The notes under the pieces were generated by a model. It was not told the origin of the DNA. It did not search any database and was given only the letters and a program-made list of their open reading frames with translations. From Gemmatimonadales bacterium (GTDB lineage: Bacteria > Gemmatimonadota > Gemmatimonadetes > Gemmatimonadales > GWC2-71-9): DNA of 63,300 nucleotides. This document shows positions 1-10,053 of this stretch, in pieces (the first letter of the stretch is position 1; every line of letters starts with the position of its first letter). The stretch covers positions 1 through 63,300 of the forward strand of contig DASSED010000179.1 of the NCBI GenBank assembly GCA_035695405.1, in the 5' to 3' direction. The position numbers and the translations under genes were made by a program.

Positions 1-270
1 CTGCTCGGCATGGAGACCGCTGGGCGTTGCCAAAATCACCACGTCGGCGTCGGTACCAGCAAGAAGAGCCTCGAGCGAGCGAAACCCCGGGGCTCCGGTT
101 CGGTCCACTGCCTGGGCCAGAGCTGAGGGATCGATGTCGCAAACGCCGACCAGCTCCGCCCGATCGGTATGCTTATCAATGGCATCAAAGTGATTGCTGG
201 AGATACGACCACAGCCCACCAGCGCAAATCGAATCCGCCGGTCGGTGACGAAAGGCTTGGTGATGAACAT
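1..270 (-). CDS. Gfo/Idh/MocA family oxidoreductase, N-terminal fragment (gene runs off the window start)
   Basis: Absent from the ORF track because no stop lies in the window. Reverse-strand translation from ATG at 270..268 reads MFITKPFVTDRRIRFALVGCGRISSNHFDAIDKHTDRAELVGVCDIDPSALAQAV...VVILATPSGLHAEQ. This is the GxGxxS Rossmann N-terminus typical of the family. GC3 is high. Confidence 0.6.
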   Translation of the reverse strand, partial: MFITKPFVTDRRIRFALVGCGRISSNHFDAIDKHTDRAELVGVCDIDPSALAQAVDRTGAPGFRSLEALLAGTDADVVILATPSGLHAEQ

Positions 271-390
271 TCCAGGCGTTTCCACGATGGCGGAAAGTAT
301 AGCAGAAGACGTGCCTGCAAGGGATTGCGCCGCTTGAACCCCACCGGATGGGCGATTAACTCTAGCGGGATTCGGGACCTCTGGTTATCA

Positions 391-406
391 TGTGAATAGT
401 TTCACA
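391..406. promoter_or_regulatory. Perfect TGTGA-N6-TCACA palindrome (CRP/FNR-family type operator candidate)
   Basis: tgtga-atagtt-tcaca read directly at 391..406, in the 165-nt divergent intergenic region. It lies 30 nt upstream of the ATG at 436, which has an AGGAGA Shine-Dalgarno. Confidence 0.35.
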
Positions 407-435
407 AGCTCTGCACCATCTCAGGAGACGAACCG

Positions 436-1569
436 ATGGCAACAGCAACTCCTCCCGTTTCGGCCCATGCGACCTATCCCGCGGATGCTATCGCCAAGCT
501 GGTGGCGCCTCCGGAGGCCGAGCAGCCGGCCGATAAGCTCCGCCGTCTCCTGCACGAGGCCCGCTCGGCCAAATCATATCTGCATACCGCCGGAGCGTAC
601 GACGCATTCACCTCGGCGATCATGACCCGGCTGGGGTTCAAGGCCCTTTACGGGAGTGGGTGGCAGCTCGCGGCGACCAAGAGCATGTTCCCCGACATCG
701 GGGTCTATGCCTCACACGATATGGTCAAGCTGGTCCATGAAATGTGGATGGGTATCGAGGGAGCCCGGAATACCCATTTCTACGACACCGATGGCCGTGA
801 GGTGCTCGAGGTACCTCCGGCGTTCGTGGACATGGAGGCCGGCTTCGGCGGTCCGACCCAAACCTTTACCCTGGCGGTGGAGTTAATCCGTGCCGGGGCA
901 GCCGGGGTGCATCTGGAAAACCAGGACCCGGCCAATCGCACCTGCGGGCACATCGTCAACGTGGGCAAGCAGAAGCGCAACAAGGTGCTGGTCCCCCGCA
1001 AAGACTGGCTCGCCAAGCTGAAAGCCATCAAAGCGGCAGCTCAGGCGACGGGAGTGGATGTGGTCATCATCGCGCGCACCGACTCGATCGACGGTGCTCT
1101 GCCGGATCGGGACTCTGGCGGTGTGAAGATGGCGGTGGAGGATGCGTGGGAGGCAGCGGAATTGGGGGTTGACGTGATCTGGCCTGAGTTCAATAACACG
1201 GAGCTGGAGCAGCCCCAGGAGTTTGCTGAGGGAGTGCGGAAGTATTACCCCGATCAGATGCTCGGCTTCAACCTGTCGCCCTCGCTCTACTTCGGCAAAG
1301 CCAAAAAGTCAGGCACGTTGATCACCAACCAGCAGCTCGCCGATCTGGGGTTCGTGCTGCAGTTTTCCACCCTGTTCAACTTCCGCACTGCGGGTATGGC
1401 ACTGGAGAAGGGCCTTCGGAAATTTCTGAAGAGCGGCATCGATGCCTTGGCCGATCTCCAGATCGAAGAGGACGAACAGAGCAGCTCGCCGTGGACCAAG
1501 ATGCACCAGAAGTTTGCCGGGATGAATCGCTGGCTGATTCTGGAGCAGGTGTTGAGCGGCGGCAAGTAA
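436..1569 (+). CDS. Isocitrate lyase / PEP mutase superfamily protein
   Basis: 377-aa ORF with a good SD. ICL/PEPM-like motifs: GSGWQLAAT, VDMEAGFGG, and an active-site loop NRTCGH (a variant of K[KR]CGH), then ARTDS. Exact substrate is not assignable. Confidence 0.8.
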   Translation: MATATPPVSAHATYPADAIAKLVAPPEAEQPADKLRRLLHEARSAKSYLHTAGAYDAFTSAIMTRLGFKALYGSGWQLAATKSMFPDIGVYASHDMVKLVHEMWMGIEGARNTHFYDTDGREVLEVPPAFVDMEAGFGGPTQTFTLAVELIRAGAAGVHLENQDPANRTCGHIVNVGKQKRNKVLVPRKDWLAKLKAIKAAAQATGVDVVIIARTDSIDGALPDRDSGGVKMAVEDAWEAAELGVDVIWPEFNNTELEQPQEFAEGVRKYYPDQMLGFNLSPSLYFGKAKKSGTLITNQQLADLGFVLQFSTLFNFRTAGMALEKGLRKFLKSGIDALADLQIEEDEQSSSPWTKMHQKFAGMNRWLILEQVLSGGK

Positions 1570-1574
1570 ACGAC

Positions 1575-1598
1575 AGCGGGGCCCGCGCGGGCCCCGCT
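1575..1598. terminator. GC-rich hairpin between convergent genes (putative bidirectional terminator)
   Basis: agcggggccc-gcgc-gggccccgct: a perfect 10-bp stem between the stop at 1569 (+) and the stop at 1602 (-). The U-tail is weak. Confidence 0.45.
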
Positions 1599-1601
1599 TA
1601 C

Positions 1602-2993
1602 CTATCCGCTTACCCGTCGTATCCTCATCTTCTCGGCTGCCACGTCCACCAGGTCGAGACCGGTAGCGCGAAGCCGCTCAACCTGCCAGGGCTTAAGCCG
1701 CACCACTAGCTCGTACGTCTCGCTGTCCTCCTGACGACTCAGCACTTCCCCTTCCCGGTACAGCTCCGCCAATCGGCCTCCATCGGCCAGAGGCACTCGC
1801 ACCCGAACCGTCATCCGGCCCGCCCGATCGAGCTCGCGCATCCGGCTCTTCAGGGTGGCCAAGCCATCGGTGCGCATGGTGGTCGTGAGGATCGCCGTGG
1901 GATGGAGCTCGCGTAATCTTCGGGAAAAGCCCGATGCATCTGCCACCGCGTCGATCTTGTTGAACACCAGAATCACCGGTCGATCCGCGAGGCCTAGCTC
2001 GGCGAGTACCTTCTCGACCACCCGGAGCTGCCCTTCCCAGTCGGGATGACTGGCATCGACCACGTGGAGTAGCACATCGGCCGAACGGGCTTCTTCCAGA
2101 GTAGCCCGAAAGCTGGCGACGAGATGGTGCGGCAGCTTACGGATGAACCCGACGGTGTCGGTCACCCGGGCGCGCTGCCCTTCGCCCAGATCGACTTCAC
2201 GAGTCAGAGTATCCAAGGTGGCAAAGAGCCGGTCCTCGACCACGATGTCGTGGCTCCCTGAAAGTCCCCGCAGAATGCTCGACTTGCCCGCGTTGGTGTA
2301 GCCCACCAGAGCTACACTGAGCATCGTGTCCCGACCGGCGCGCAGATTTTCGCGGTGTTTCTCGACGTCCTTCAACTTGGCTTTGAGACCCTGGATCCGG
2401 CGCCGGATGATCCGACGGTCGGTCTCCAGCTGGGTTTCGCCCGGTCCCCTGAGTCCGATGCCGCCTCGAATACGCGAGAGGTGGGTCCACATTCGGGTGA
2501 GCCGGGGAAGCAGGTATTCCAGCTGTGCCAGCTCGACCTGGAGTTTGGCCTCGTGGGTTCGCGCCCGAGTGGAGAAGATGTCCAGAATGACTTCGGGGCG
2601 GTCCATCACTCGGACCTTGAGCTCCCGCTCCAGATTGACCCCCTGCACTGGTGAGAGCTCTTCGTCGAAGATGACCAGCGAGGCTTCCGCGGCAGCCACC
2701 TCGGTGGCTACCTCTTCGACTTTCCCTTCCCCGATGAGAGTGGCTGGATTGGGGGCGGCAATGTGTTGCGACATTCGACCTACCACTTCGGCCCCCGCCG
2801 TGTCCACCAGCCGGGTGAGTTCCTCGAGATGCTCGGCGACATGTCGGGAGTCGGGCGACCCCTTCCGAGGCGCGGCCACCAGGACCACGCGCTCGATCGG
2901 GTCGCGAACAGGTATCAGTGGACGGATAGGGAGCCTTCCTGATGACGAGAGGAGGTGACTAGGAGCCGGGGCTGAGGACGCTACCTGCCACAC
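1602..2993 (-). CDS. hflX: GTPase HflX
   Basis: G1 GYTNAGKSS, G3 DTVGF, G4 NKID, plus the HflX N-domain (ELxxLxxTAG). The GTG start at 2993 overlaps the upstream gene by 35 nt, so the true start may be further in. Confidence 0.9.
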   Translation of the reverse strand: MWQVASSAPAPSHLLSSSGRLPIRPLIPVRDPIERVVLVAAPRKGSPDSRHVAEHLEELTRLVDTAGAEVVGRMSQHIAAPNPATLIGEGKVEEVATEVAAAEASLVIFDEELSPVQGVNLERELKVRVMDRPEVILDIFSTRARTHEAKLQVELAQLEYLLPRLTRMWTHLSRIRGGIGLRGPGETQLETDRRIIRRRIQGLKAKLKDVEKHRENLRAGRDTMLSVALVGYTNAGKSSILRGLSGSHDIVVEDRLFATLDTLTREVDLGEGQRARVTDTVGFIRKLPHHLVASFRATLEEARSADVLLHVVDASHPDWEGQLRVVEKVLAELGLADRPVILVFNKIDAVADASGFSRRLRELHPTAILTTTMRTDGLATLKSRMRELDRAGRMTVRVRVPLADGGRLAELYREGEVLSRQEDSETYELVVRLKPWQVERLRATGLDLVDVAAEKMRIRRVSG

Positions 2994-3450
2994 GGGTGAG
3001 CGGGGCCCGGCCCTCGTGAGTAAAGGAGAACGCTTTGGTGAAGCCGCCGGGCAGCCGGAGAGTGGCCTGTCCCTTCATGGTGTAGGGCAGGTCGCGGTAG
3101 CCCAGCGCGGCCCGAACGGCGCTGCCCACCCCCGACCAGCCGAATCGGAGCGGAAGGGTCAGCGTGGTTTGTCCGTTCTGCGGAACCGCATAATCGTCAG
3201 CATACGCAATGTCGCCGAGATGCGAGCCCTCCACATCGATACCAAGCTCCAGCTTGGTTCCCTGGAGACTGAAACTGTTGGGATTATCCAGCCTCATCAC
3301 GAGGTCAAGAGTGCCGCCGCTCACCCCGATGCCGCGGACTACCACATGATCCAGCTGGATGTCCGGCTCCTTAATGTAGTCGCCGACACCGCTACACCCG
3401 GAGCTCCCGAAAGCTAATGGGAAGAGCACCAGGGGTGCCCCGAGCCTCAT
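2959..3450 (-). CDS. LEA_2 / WHy-domain lipoprotein
   Basis: Signal peptide plus lipobox (LAFGSSGC), followed by a LEA14-like beta-sandwich pattern (LDLVMRLDNPNSFSL...LTLPLRF). Trimmed to ATG 3450, which is preceded by AAGGA. Confidence 0.55.
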   Translation of the reverse strand: MRLGAPLVLFPLAFGSSGCSGVGDYIKEPDIQLDHVVVRGIGVSGGTLDLVMRLDNPNSFSLQGTKLELGIDVEGSHLGDIAYADDYAVPQNGQTTLTLPLRFGWSGVGSAVRAALGYRDLPYTMKGQATLRLPGGFTKAFSFTHEGRAPLTRVAGSVLSPGS

Positions 3451-3561
3451 ATCGGTCCTTTCACCCGCGGGCGACACGAACCATCCCAGTGGCTACTGGA
3501 GGATGGCGGCGGGTGAACCGAGGAGCCGTGCTCCAAGTCACACGGGTGCTTAACTGCGAGC

Positions 3562-4920
3562 TCACGTCTCCTCATCCGATTGCCGTTCGGCGTCGCGCTT
3601 GAGCTTGGCCCACCACTCGAGCCGTTCCGCAATCTTCTTCTCATGCCCAAACGATCCCGGCGCATAAAAGGATGCACCGCGCAGCTCGGCGGGCAGGTAT
3701 TCCTGGGGCAGATACGCGTCGGGTGAATCGTGGGCGTAGCGATAACCTCGGTGGTAGCCCAGCTCTTTCATCAGCGGCGTCGGGGCATTTCTGATGGGCA
3801 GCGGCACCGGCGCCGCAGGAGTCTCTCGCGCCGCCTCCATGGCAGCCCCGAGGGCCGTCTTCACGCTGTTCGATTTGGGAGCGGTGGCCAGGTAGACCGT
3901 CATCTCGGCCAGCGGCAGGTAGCCTTCCGGAGGGCCCAGCATGTGAAAAGCATCCCGGGCCGCGACGGCCAGTACCAGGGCGTCTGGATCGGCAACACCG
4001 ATGTCCTCCGCGGCCATGGCAATCGCCCGACGGAACAGCGTCATAGGATCTTCCCCGCCGTCGATCATTCGGGCCATCCAGTACAGCGCGCCCTGCGGAT
4101 CGCTGCCGCGCAATGACTTGTGGTAGGCAGAGAGGAGATTGAAGTGCTCCTCGCCGGCCTTGTCGTAACGGGCAAAGCGCTTCTGCATCGCTTCCCGAGC
4201 AACCTCTACCGTGACCTGGCCTCCCCGCCCCACGTGGGCCGATGCCGCCTCCAGCACGGTCAGTGCGCGTCGGGCGTCTCCATCCGCCTCGGTGGCCACG
4301 AGGCTGAGTGCCTCAGAATCCACCCGGAGCTCGGCGCCTCCCAGTCCACGTTCTGCATCCGCGAGGGCTCGTACCAACAGGCGCTCGATGTGCTCAGGGT
4401 TGAGGGGTTGTAAGACGAAGACTCGCGTCCGTGAAAGCAGCGCTCCGATCACCTCGAAGCTGGGATTCTCGGTGGTGGCGCCGATCAAGGTGATGGTTCC
4501 ATCCTCAGCCGGCGGCAAGAGACTGTCCTGCTGGGCCTTGTTGAGTCGATGGATCTCGTCGATGAACAGGATGGTCTGAGAACCGCCGCTTTCGAGGCGT
4601 TCCCGCGCCTCATTGACGATCTGCCGAATGCGAGGAACTCCTTCGGTGACCGCGCTGAATGGAACGAACACCCGTTCGGTGGAGCTGGCGACGAGATGAG
4701 CCAGCGTCGTTTTTCCGCTGCCCGGCGGGCCCCAGAAGATCATGGAACCCGGAGTACCCCGCTCGATAGCGTCGCGCAGCGGCTTGCCCGGGCCTAGCAG
4801 ATGTTCCTGGCCCACAAACTCGTCCAGGGTGGCCGGCCGCATACGCGCGGCCAAAGGTCGGGTTTCCTGCGCGCTGCGAAAGAGCGATCGCTGATTACCG
4901 GGAGCCGGCTTTCGTGGCAT
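3562..4920 (-). CDS. rarA: Replication-associated recombination protein A (AAA+ ATPase)
   Basis: Walker [10 protein letters not shown], Walker [13 protein letters not shown], and an MgsA-type C-terminal domain ([23 protein letters not shown]). Confidence 0.92.
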   Translation of the reverse strand: MPRKPAPGNQRSLFRSAQETRPLAARMRPATLDEFVGQEHLLGPGKPLRDAIERGTPGSMIFWGPPGSGKTTLAHLVASSTERVFVPFSAVTEGVPRIRQIVNEARERLESGGSQTILFIDEIHRLNKAQQDSLLPPAEDGTITLIGATTENPSFEVIGALLSRTRVFVLQPLNPEHIERLLVRALADAERGLGGAELRVDSEALSLVATEADGDARRALTVLEAASAHVGRGGQVTVEVAREAMQKRFARYDKAGEEHFNLLSAYHKSLRGSDPQGALYWMARMIDGGEDPMTLFRRAIAMAAEDIGVADPDALVLAVAARDAFHMLGPPEGYLPLAEMTVYLATAPKSNSVKTALGAAMEAARETPAAPVPLPIRNAPTPLMKELGYHRGYRYAHDSPDAYLPQEYLPAELRGASFYAPGSFGHEKKIAERLEWWAKLKRDAERQSDEET

Positions 4921-4925
4921 CGATG

Positions 4926-5645
4926 CTATCGGCTCCAGGCGTCCAGCAGGCGTTCGGTGAGGAAGAACCCCAGGGCACCGCCTAAGAAGGCCAGCGCATT
5001 GGACCAGCTTCGCTTGGCCTGAAATGCGGGCACGAGGTCTGAAGCCGCGACGTACAGGGTGACGCCAGCCGAAAGGGCCAACCCGAATCGGGAGAGAGAA
5101 GCCACCTGCTCCGTGAGGAGAAACCCCAGCAAGGTGGCCCCGCCAATGGCGGCGGCTCCGGCCAAAGCGCGGGCCCGGCTCTGCCCGCCAGCTACCAGGA
5201 CGCTGGCAATGGTCACCCCTTCGGGAAACTTATGCAGTAACACCGCCAGGAAGAGCAGCACGCCGAGTCTCCCAGACACCAGAAAGCCGCTCGCGATAGC
5301 CACCCCGTCGAAGAAGGTGTGGAGCAACAGTCCCAAGAAGGCAGTGTGGACCGCAGACGAGCTCAGTTGGTGGGTTTCCTCGCCGAAATGAAAATGTGGC
5401 GTCAGCACGTGCTGGGCGAGGTGCACCGCAAAGTATCCTGCCAGAACGCAGAGCGGCGCGACCGGAGACCCGTTAAAGACCTCCGGCAGGACGCCCAGCA
5501 CGGTCACGGCCAGCATGAATCCCGCCCCGAAAGCAATGCACAGGTCGATGAGACGGAGACCACGGTCCAGATGGCGAATCACCGCCAAGGCTCCAACGAC
5601 ATTACCGAGGGCAGCGGTCACGGCGAATGCCAGCGGAGTCACCAC
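4926..5645 (-). CDS. ZIP family metal transporter
   Basis: Polytopic membrane protein with ZIP motifs HTFFDGVAIASGF and LLHKFPEGVTIASV. Trimmed to the GTG at 5645, which overlaps the stop of the upstream gene (5639). The 316-aa track ORF would overlap that gene by 238 nt. Confidence 0.8.
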   Translation of the reverse strand: MVTPLAFAVTAALGNVVGALAVIRHLDRGLRLIDLCIAFGAGFMLAVTVLGVLPEVFNGSPVAPLCVLAGYFAVHLAQHVLTPHFHFGEETHQLSSSAVHTAFLGLLLHTFFDGVAIASGFLVSGRLGVLLFLAVLLHKFPEGVTIASVLVAGGQSRARALAGAAAIGGATLLGFLLTEQVASLSRFGLALSAGVTLYVAASDLVPAFQAKRSWSNALAFLGGALGFFLTERLLDAWSR

Positions 5646-6823
5646 AGCTCTCGGGCGATCTCGAGAAGTGCTTCCCTGGTATTGAGCTCGGGTCGCTCCA
5701 GAACTCGCTCCAGCAACTCGGTCAGGATCTGCCCCACCCGCGGGCCCGTCACACCTAATGCCTGGATATCGGTGCCATTTAGGGCCAAATCCCCCCGGGT
5801 GAGCGGATCGTGCCGGCGGCGAATCTCCTGCGCCGCGGAGCTCCACGGCGGAATAGCACCCCGGCGGGACCTCCAAAGAGACATCAGATCATCGGCGGAG
5901 GTGCCGACGGCTGCCAGCCAGCGCCGGACGGATCGCTCGTCGTTGCCATCCGGTTTCTCGGGACCGCGTTCCATCCCGAGGACCCGATCGATTTCGGCGT
6001 TGGAGGCCTTGAGGCGGCGAAGGACAGTCGAGGGAGCGGTCGAGAGCAGTGCGGTTAACAACACAGGATCCCGGTCCCCCGCGGGCACCGTTTTCGCGAT
6101 ACTCGGCGCTTGCTCTCTTTCCAGCTCCGGGAGCCACACTTTGGCGGCGCCCACATCGACCCAGAGTGACACCAGTCGCTCGATCGATCGTGCAGTGCGC
6201 AGGCCCTTGTACCACTCGTCTCGTACCCGCTCAGCCGAGAGCTGCGCCAGTCCAGAAGCGGCCGTTCGGGCAGCCTGCCAGGTGCCGGGCTCGATCTGGA
6301 AATCGAATCGAGCGGCGAATCGCAGGGCGCGAAGAATCCGCAGATAGTCTTCCCGAAAGCGTTCTCCGGGATCTCCGACGGCACGCACCACACCGCGTTG
6401 CAGATCGGCGGCCCCATCAAATGGATCCCGCCACTCACGCCGGAGCGGATGATAGGCCAGAGCGTTGATAGTGAAGTCCCGGCGCGCGAGGTCCTCAGCC
6501 AGCTCCACCCCATACGCCACCACGGCGTGCCGCCCGTCGGTCGTCACATCCCGCCGGAAAGTGGTGACCTCATGGAGTTGCCGGCTCCGGTCCAGCACTC
6601 CCACCGTACCATACTTGATTCCTATTCCCACGGTCCGGGGAAACAGCCGCTGAACCTGGTCTGGAGTGGCGTTGGTGGCGATATCGTAGTCGGTGTTCGA
6701 GTGTCCCAGCAGGATGTCGCGTAGCGTACCGCCGACGCACCAAGCCTCGAACCCGGCCTTTTCGAGCGTGCGAGCGATGTCCAGAATCGGCTCGGGGACC
6801 TCGATGGTCGCCGGAAAAGTCAC
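5639..6823 (-). CDS. CCA-adding enzyme / poly(A) polymerase family tRNA nucleotidyltransferase
   Basis: Class II nucleotidyltransferase head: CVGGTLRDILLG, DYDIAT, RRDFTINAL. GTG start. Confidence 0.82.
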   Translation of the reverse strand: MTFPATIEVPEPILDIARTLEKAGFEAWCVGGTLRDILLGHSNTDYDIATNATPDQVQRLFPRTVGIGIKYGTVGVLDRSRQLHEVTTFRRDVTTDGRHAVVAYGVELAEDLARRDFTINALAYHPLRREWRDPFDGAADLQRGVVRAVGDPGERFREDYLRILRALRFAARFDFQIEPGTWQAARTAASGLAQLSAERVRDEWYKGLRTARSIERLVSLWVDVGAAKVWLPELEREQAPSIAKTVPAGDRDPVLLTALLSTAPSTVLRRLKASNAEIDRVLGMERGPEKPDGNDERSVRRWLAAVGTSADDLMSLWRSRRGAIPPWSSAAQEIRRRHDPLTRGDLALNGTDIQALGVTGPRVGQILTELLERVLERPELNTREALLEIARELW

Positions 6824-6824
6824 C

Positions 6825-7781
6825 TCAGCTCCCGTACGGAACGCCGGCAGATAAGGAAATGATCAGCTCCATCCGTGCGTGAGAGGGGCTTCGAGGACCG
6901 GCGGGTATGGCTCCCATGGCCACCAGACGACTGCCCCCGCCGTCGAAGGCATAGAGTGGGGTCACCACTCCAGTAGGACAACGAGATGCGATCACCACAG
7001 ACTTGTTGTCCCCAATCCATCGGCCGATGGCCGCCACGGCTCCAGGAGGTATGTTGCCGCTGCCGAATGCCACCACGACGACCCCATCGTGTGAGGAACG
7101 GGCCAAGTCTAAGAGGGTGCCGTCGTCGCCTACCACCATCGGGATCAGCGCCACCTGCGCGGTCAATCGAGTGGGCGCGAGATGTCCCTGCGGCGCTGCC
7201 CCGCTGCCCCGCCGTTCCGCTGCATAAATGACCTTACCCTCGTCCACCCGACCAATAGGCGCAGTATACGGCGCGGCGAACGCATCGAGATTCGTGGTGT
7301 GGAACTTCACCACGCTTCTTCCGGCAAACACTTTTCCATTGAAAACGACGCTGACCATGGGGCGGGATCCCGTTCGGGCAGCGACTGATGCGGCGTCCAG
7401 CAGATTTTTCGGGCCATCCCAATCAGTATCGCTCGACGTGCGCATGGCTCCGGTAATGGCCACCGGGATATCCGGCTCGAGCGTGCGGTCCAGGAGATAA
7501 GCCGTCTCCTCGATGGTATCGGTCCCGTGGGTGATGACGAGGCCGCTTACCTCACCCGATTCTGTCACTTGCCGCACCCGCTCGCGCAAGTTCCACATCT
7601 TGTCGAGGTCGAGGTGACACGCCGGCATCATCGCCCAGTTTTCTATCCGGTACGGGCCAATCGAATCGAGACCGGGGGTGAACTCTACCAGGGCCTCGCC
7701 TCCATGGGTTGGTACGTTACCGCCGGCCTCGGGGTCACGTTGCATCGAGATGGTGCCGCCGGTAAACAGGAGGTGGATCAT
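6825..7781 (-). CDS. L-asparaginase (type I-like)
   Basis: N-terminal nucleophile motif FTGGTISM and a second motif ITHGTDTIEETA. Confidence 0.85.
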   Translation of the reverse strand: MIHLLFTGGTISMQRDPEAGGNVPTHGGEALVEFTPGLDSIGPYRIENWAMMPACHLDLDKMWNLRERVRQVTESGEVSGLVITHGTDTIEETAYLLDRTLEPDIPVAITGAMRTSSDTDWDGPKNLLDAASVAARTGSRPMVSVVFNGKVFAGRSVVKFHTTNLDAFAAPYTAPIGRVDEGKVIYAAERRGSGAAPQGHLAPTRLTAQVALIPMVVGDDGTLLDLARSSHDGVVVVAFGSGNIPPGAVAAIGRWIGDNKSVVIASRCPTGVVTPLYAFDGGGSRLVAMGAIPAGPRSPSHARMELIISLSAGVPYGS

Positions 7782-7794
7782 GCACGCTCTTCCG

Positions 7795-8547
7795 TTACCC
7801 GCACAACACGCTACCCCCGTTCACATTCAACACCTCTCCCGTGATATGGCGAGCGAGCGGACTACAAAGAAAGAGAATCGGACCGGCGATGTCTTCCGCG
7901 GTCGCGATGCGACCCAGAGGGATAGTGCTCGCAATACGATCCCGGTTGCCGTTGCCGAACGCGGGCCAGCTCATCTCGGTGTCCACCCATCCCGGAGCCA
8001 CGCAGTTGACAACAACGTCGGGGGCACATTCGACTGCCAGCGACTTGGTGAGGGCGATGAGGGCGCCTTTGGTGGCAGCGTAGTCAGCGTGAAAGGCCTC
8101 GCCCCGCTGGCCGGCAGTGCTGGACACCAACACCACCCGTCCACTGGGCCGTAGCACTTGCAGGGCAGCCTTGGTGGAGTAGAACACGGAGTCGAGGTTA
8201 GCCTCGACCGTTCGACGCCAGCGGTCGACCGACATCCGCCCTAGCGGCAGCTCCTCATGCGGCCAGATCCCTGCATTGGCCACAAAGATGTCTAGCGGGC
8301 CAATCTCCCGTTTCACCTCGTTCGCGATGCGCTCCGCCGTTTCCTGTCGCCCGAGATCACCGCCGGTCGCGTAGGCGCTGCGACCTAATGCCCGGATTTC
8401 CTGGACCAGCTGCTCCGCCTCGTCCTTTCTCGTGTGATAGGTGAGTGCCACGTCGGCTCCGGCTCGCGCCAGCAGCAATGCGGTGGCCCGACCGATCCCC
8501 CGGTTACCTCCCGTGACCAATGCTTTCTGGCCCGCCAGATCGATCAT
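7795..8547 (-). CDS. SDR family oxidoreductase (FabG-like)
   Basis: TGGNRGIGRA cofactor motif, NAG, and catalytic YAATK. ATGA overlap with the upstream gene. Confidence 0.85.
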   Translation of the reverse strand: MIDLAGQKALVTGGNRGIGRATALLLARAGADVALTYHTRKDEAEQLVQEIRALGRSAYATGGDLGRQETAERIANEVKREIGPLDIFVANAGIWPHEELPLGRMSVDRWRRTVEANLDSVFYSTKAALQVLRPSGRVVLVSSTAGQRGEAFHADYAATKGALIALTKSLAVECAPDVVVNCVAPGWVDTEMSWPAFGNGNRDRIASTIPLGRIATAEDIAGPILFLCSPLARHITGEVLNVNGGSVLCG

Positions 8548-9116
8548 GCGCCAAACAGCTCGCGCTCGACCGATTCTACGATCAGGTGCTGCAGCGCCAT
8601 GTGCATCAGCTGAACCTGGCTGGTTCGCTGCGAGGGCACGATCACGGCCTCGTCCACGAGGCTCGCCAGGGCACCGCCCCCCTTCCCCAGAAAAGCTACG
8701 GTAGGGATGCCAAGCTGTCGGGCCGATCGTGCGGCGGCGACCAGGTTCTGGCTCTGCCCGCTGCTGCTGTGCAGGGTCAGTAAGTCCTCTTGACCGCAGA
8801 GCGCTTCGATCTGCCGGGCGAAGATCAGCTCGAATCCGAGATCGTTTCCTCCGGCGGTCAGGACCGAGGTGTCGGTGGTCAACGCGACGGCCGCCAAGGG
8901 CCGGCGCTCGCCCGCGTAGCGGATGATGTATTCTGCCGCGAGATGCTGCGCGTCCGCGGCACTTCCTCCATTGCCGCAGAAAAACAAAGTGCCTCCTCCA
9001 CGAAGCACCTTGGCATAGCGTCCGGCGATCCCCGCCACCTGACCACTGAGCACCTTGCTGGCACGGATGACGGCGGCCAGCTCATCCAGACCCAGCTCGA
9101 TGTGAGATGCGCTCAT
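8544..9116 (-). CDS. SIS-domain sugar isomerase (GmhA / phosphoheptose isomerase-like)
   Basis: FCGNGGSAADAQHLAAE, SSSGQSQN, VPS..TSQVQ..H pattern. ATGA overlap at both ends. Confidence 0.78.
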   Translation of the reverse strand: MSASHIELGLDELAAVIRASKVLSGQVAGIAGRYAKVLRGGGTLFFCGNGGSAADAQHLAAEYIIRYAGERRPLAAVALTTDTSVLTAGGNDLGFELIFARQIEALCGQEDLLTLHSSSGQSQNLVAAARSARQLGIPTVAFLGKGGGALASLVDEAVIVPSQRTSQVQLMHMALQHLIVESVERELFGA

Positions 9117-9874
9117 TTACCGCCCTCAAGGAACTGCTTGATGCGACGCATCCAGCTCTCTCGGATCCGAAGCGGGGGCACGGGGGAGGTAGGAGCATCT
9201 TGCAAGATGGCCCCGGGATTCCTGACCACGAGCAGCTCCACCTGCTCTGCACCATCCTGGGCTTGGAGAAACTGTGCGCCGGCCGCCACCGTGCGGTCAT
9301 CCCCGTGGTTGTCACCCGCCAGAATGTCGGCCAAGCCTTCGGTAATCAGCTGGCGCGCGCGCTGACCGCGGGCCTGAGAGGTGAGCAGGGTGGTCGCATC
9401 AACCTGCATTCTCGCTCCCAGTCCACGCCAGTGACGTACCGCTTCGGGAGAGCAGCAGCTGTAGCGCTCCGGGTGGGCCAACACGGGAATCAATCCCTGC
9501 TGCACCACCTGGGTGAGTGCGTTCACGACCGTTTCCTGAGCCACCAGCCGGGGGAACTCGACCAGTATGTAGCCTGATCCGGCGAGCGTCACATTGCGCG
9601 CCAGAGCCACGGGTCGGGAGATCGGGCGGTCCAGCATCACCTCCGCTCCCCGGTGGAGTCGCGGAAGTGGGGGAGCGGCCGCGCGAAGCGCCTGGAAGGC
9701 CCTTCCGTGTGCCACGGGAGGACCTGCCTCTGCCCGGCCAGCCGGTAGATGGGGGGTCAGGCATAAGTCAGTGACCCCCAGCTCGGCCATCCGGTTGAGT
9801 ACTTTGACCGACTGCTCCACCGACCGCGATCCGTCATCCACGGCAGGAAGCAGGTGGGAATGCAGATCGATCAC
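9113..9874 (-). CDS. PHP-family protein-tyrosine phosphatase (CpsB/YwqE-like)
   Basis: N-terminal IDLHSHLLPAVDDGS, later HPERY and GDNHGD metal-ligand motifs. GTG start. Confidence 0.75.
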   Translation of the reverse strand: MIDLHSHLLPAVDDGSRSVEQSVKVLNRMAELGVTDLCLTPHLPAGRAEAGPPVAHGRAFQALRAAAPPLPRLHRGAEVMLDRPISRPVALARNVTLAGSGYILVEFPRLVAQETVVNALTQVVQQGLIPVLAHPERYSCCSPEAVRHWRGLGARMQVDATTLLTSQARGQRARQLITEGLADILAGDNHGDDRTVAAGAQFLQAQDGAEQVELLVVRNPGAILQDAPTSPVPPLRIRESWMRRIKQFLEGGK

Positions 9875-10053
9875 TGGCCAGCGTGGGACAGCTGCAAGAT
9901 GGAGGTGGCGAACTCTTCAAGATGTTCAGGGCGGGTTTCAGCCTGGGCCAGCAGCGCCAGTGTGACGAGCGCATCAGCAGCCAAGAGGTCGAGCGCCGCG
10001 GACCGGTCACCCGGATGGGTGAGGACCACGCGCAAGGCCGTGAGTCCGGCCAC
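9871..10053 (-). CDS. Small hypothetical protein (60 aa from GTG; frame open for 105 codons)
   Basis: GC3 is high. Its stop forms a GTGA overlap with the start of the phosphatase gene, which suggests translational coupling. No recognisable motif and a weak SD. Confidence 0.3.
   Translation of the reverse strand: MAGLTALRVVLTHPGDRSAALDLLAADALVTLALLAQAETRPEHLEEFATSILQLSHAGQ

Noticed and set aside
36-344. 102-aa minus-strand ORF at the window start
   Set aside because: A different minus-strand frame (1..270) gives a clean Gfo/Idh/MocA Rossmann N-terminus. The 102-aa frame is Pro/Ser/Trp-rich and overlaps it out of frame.
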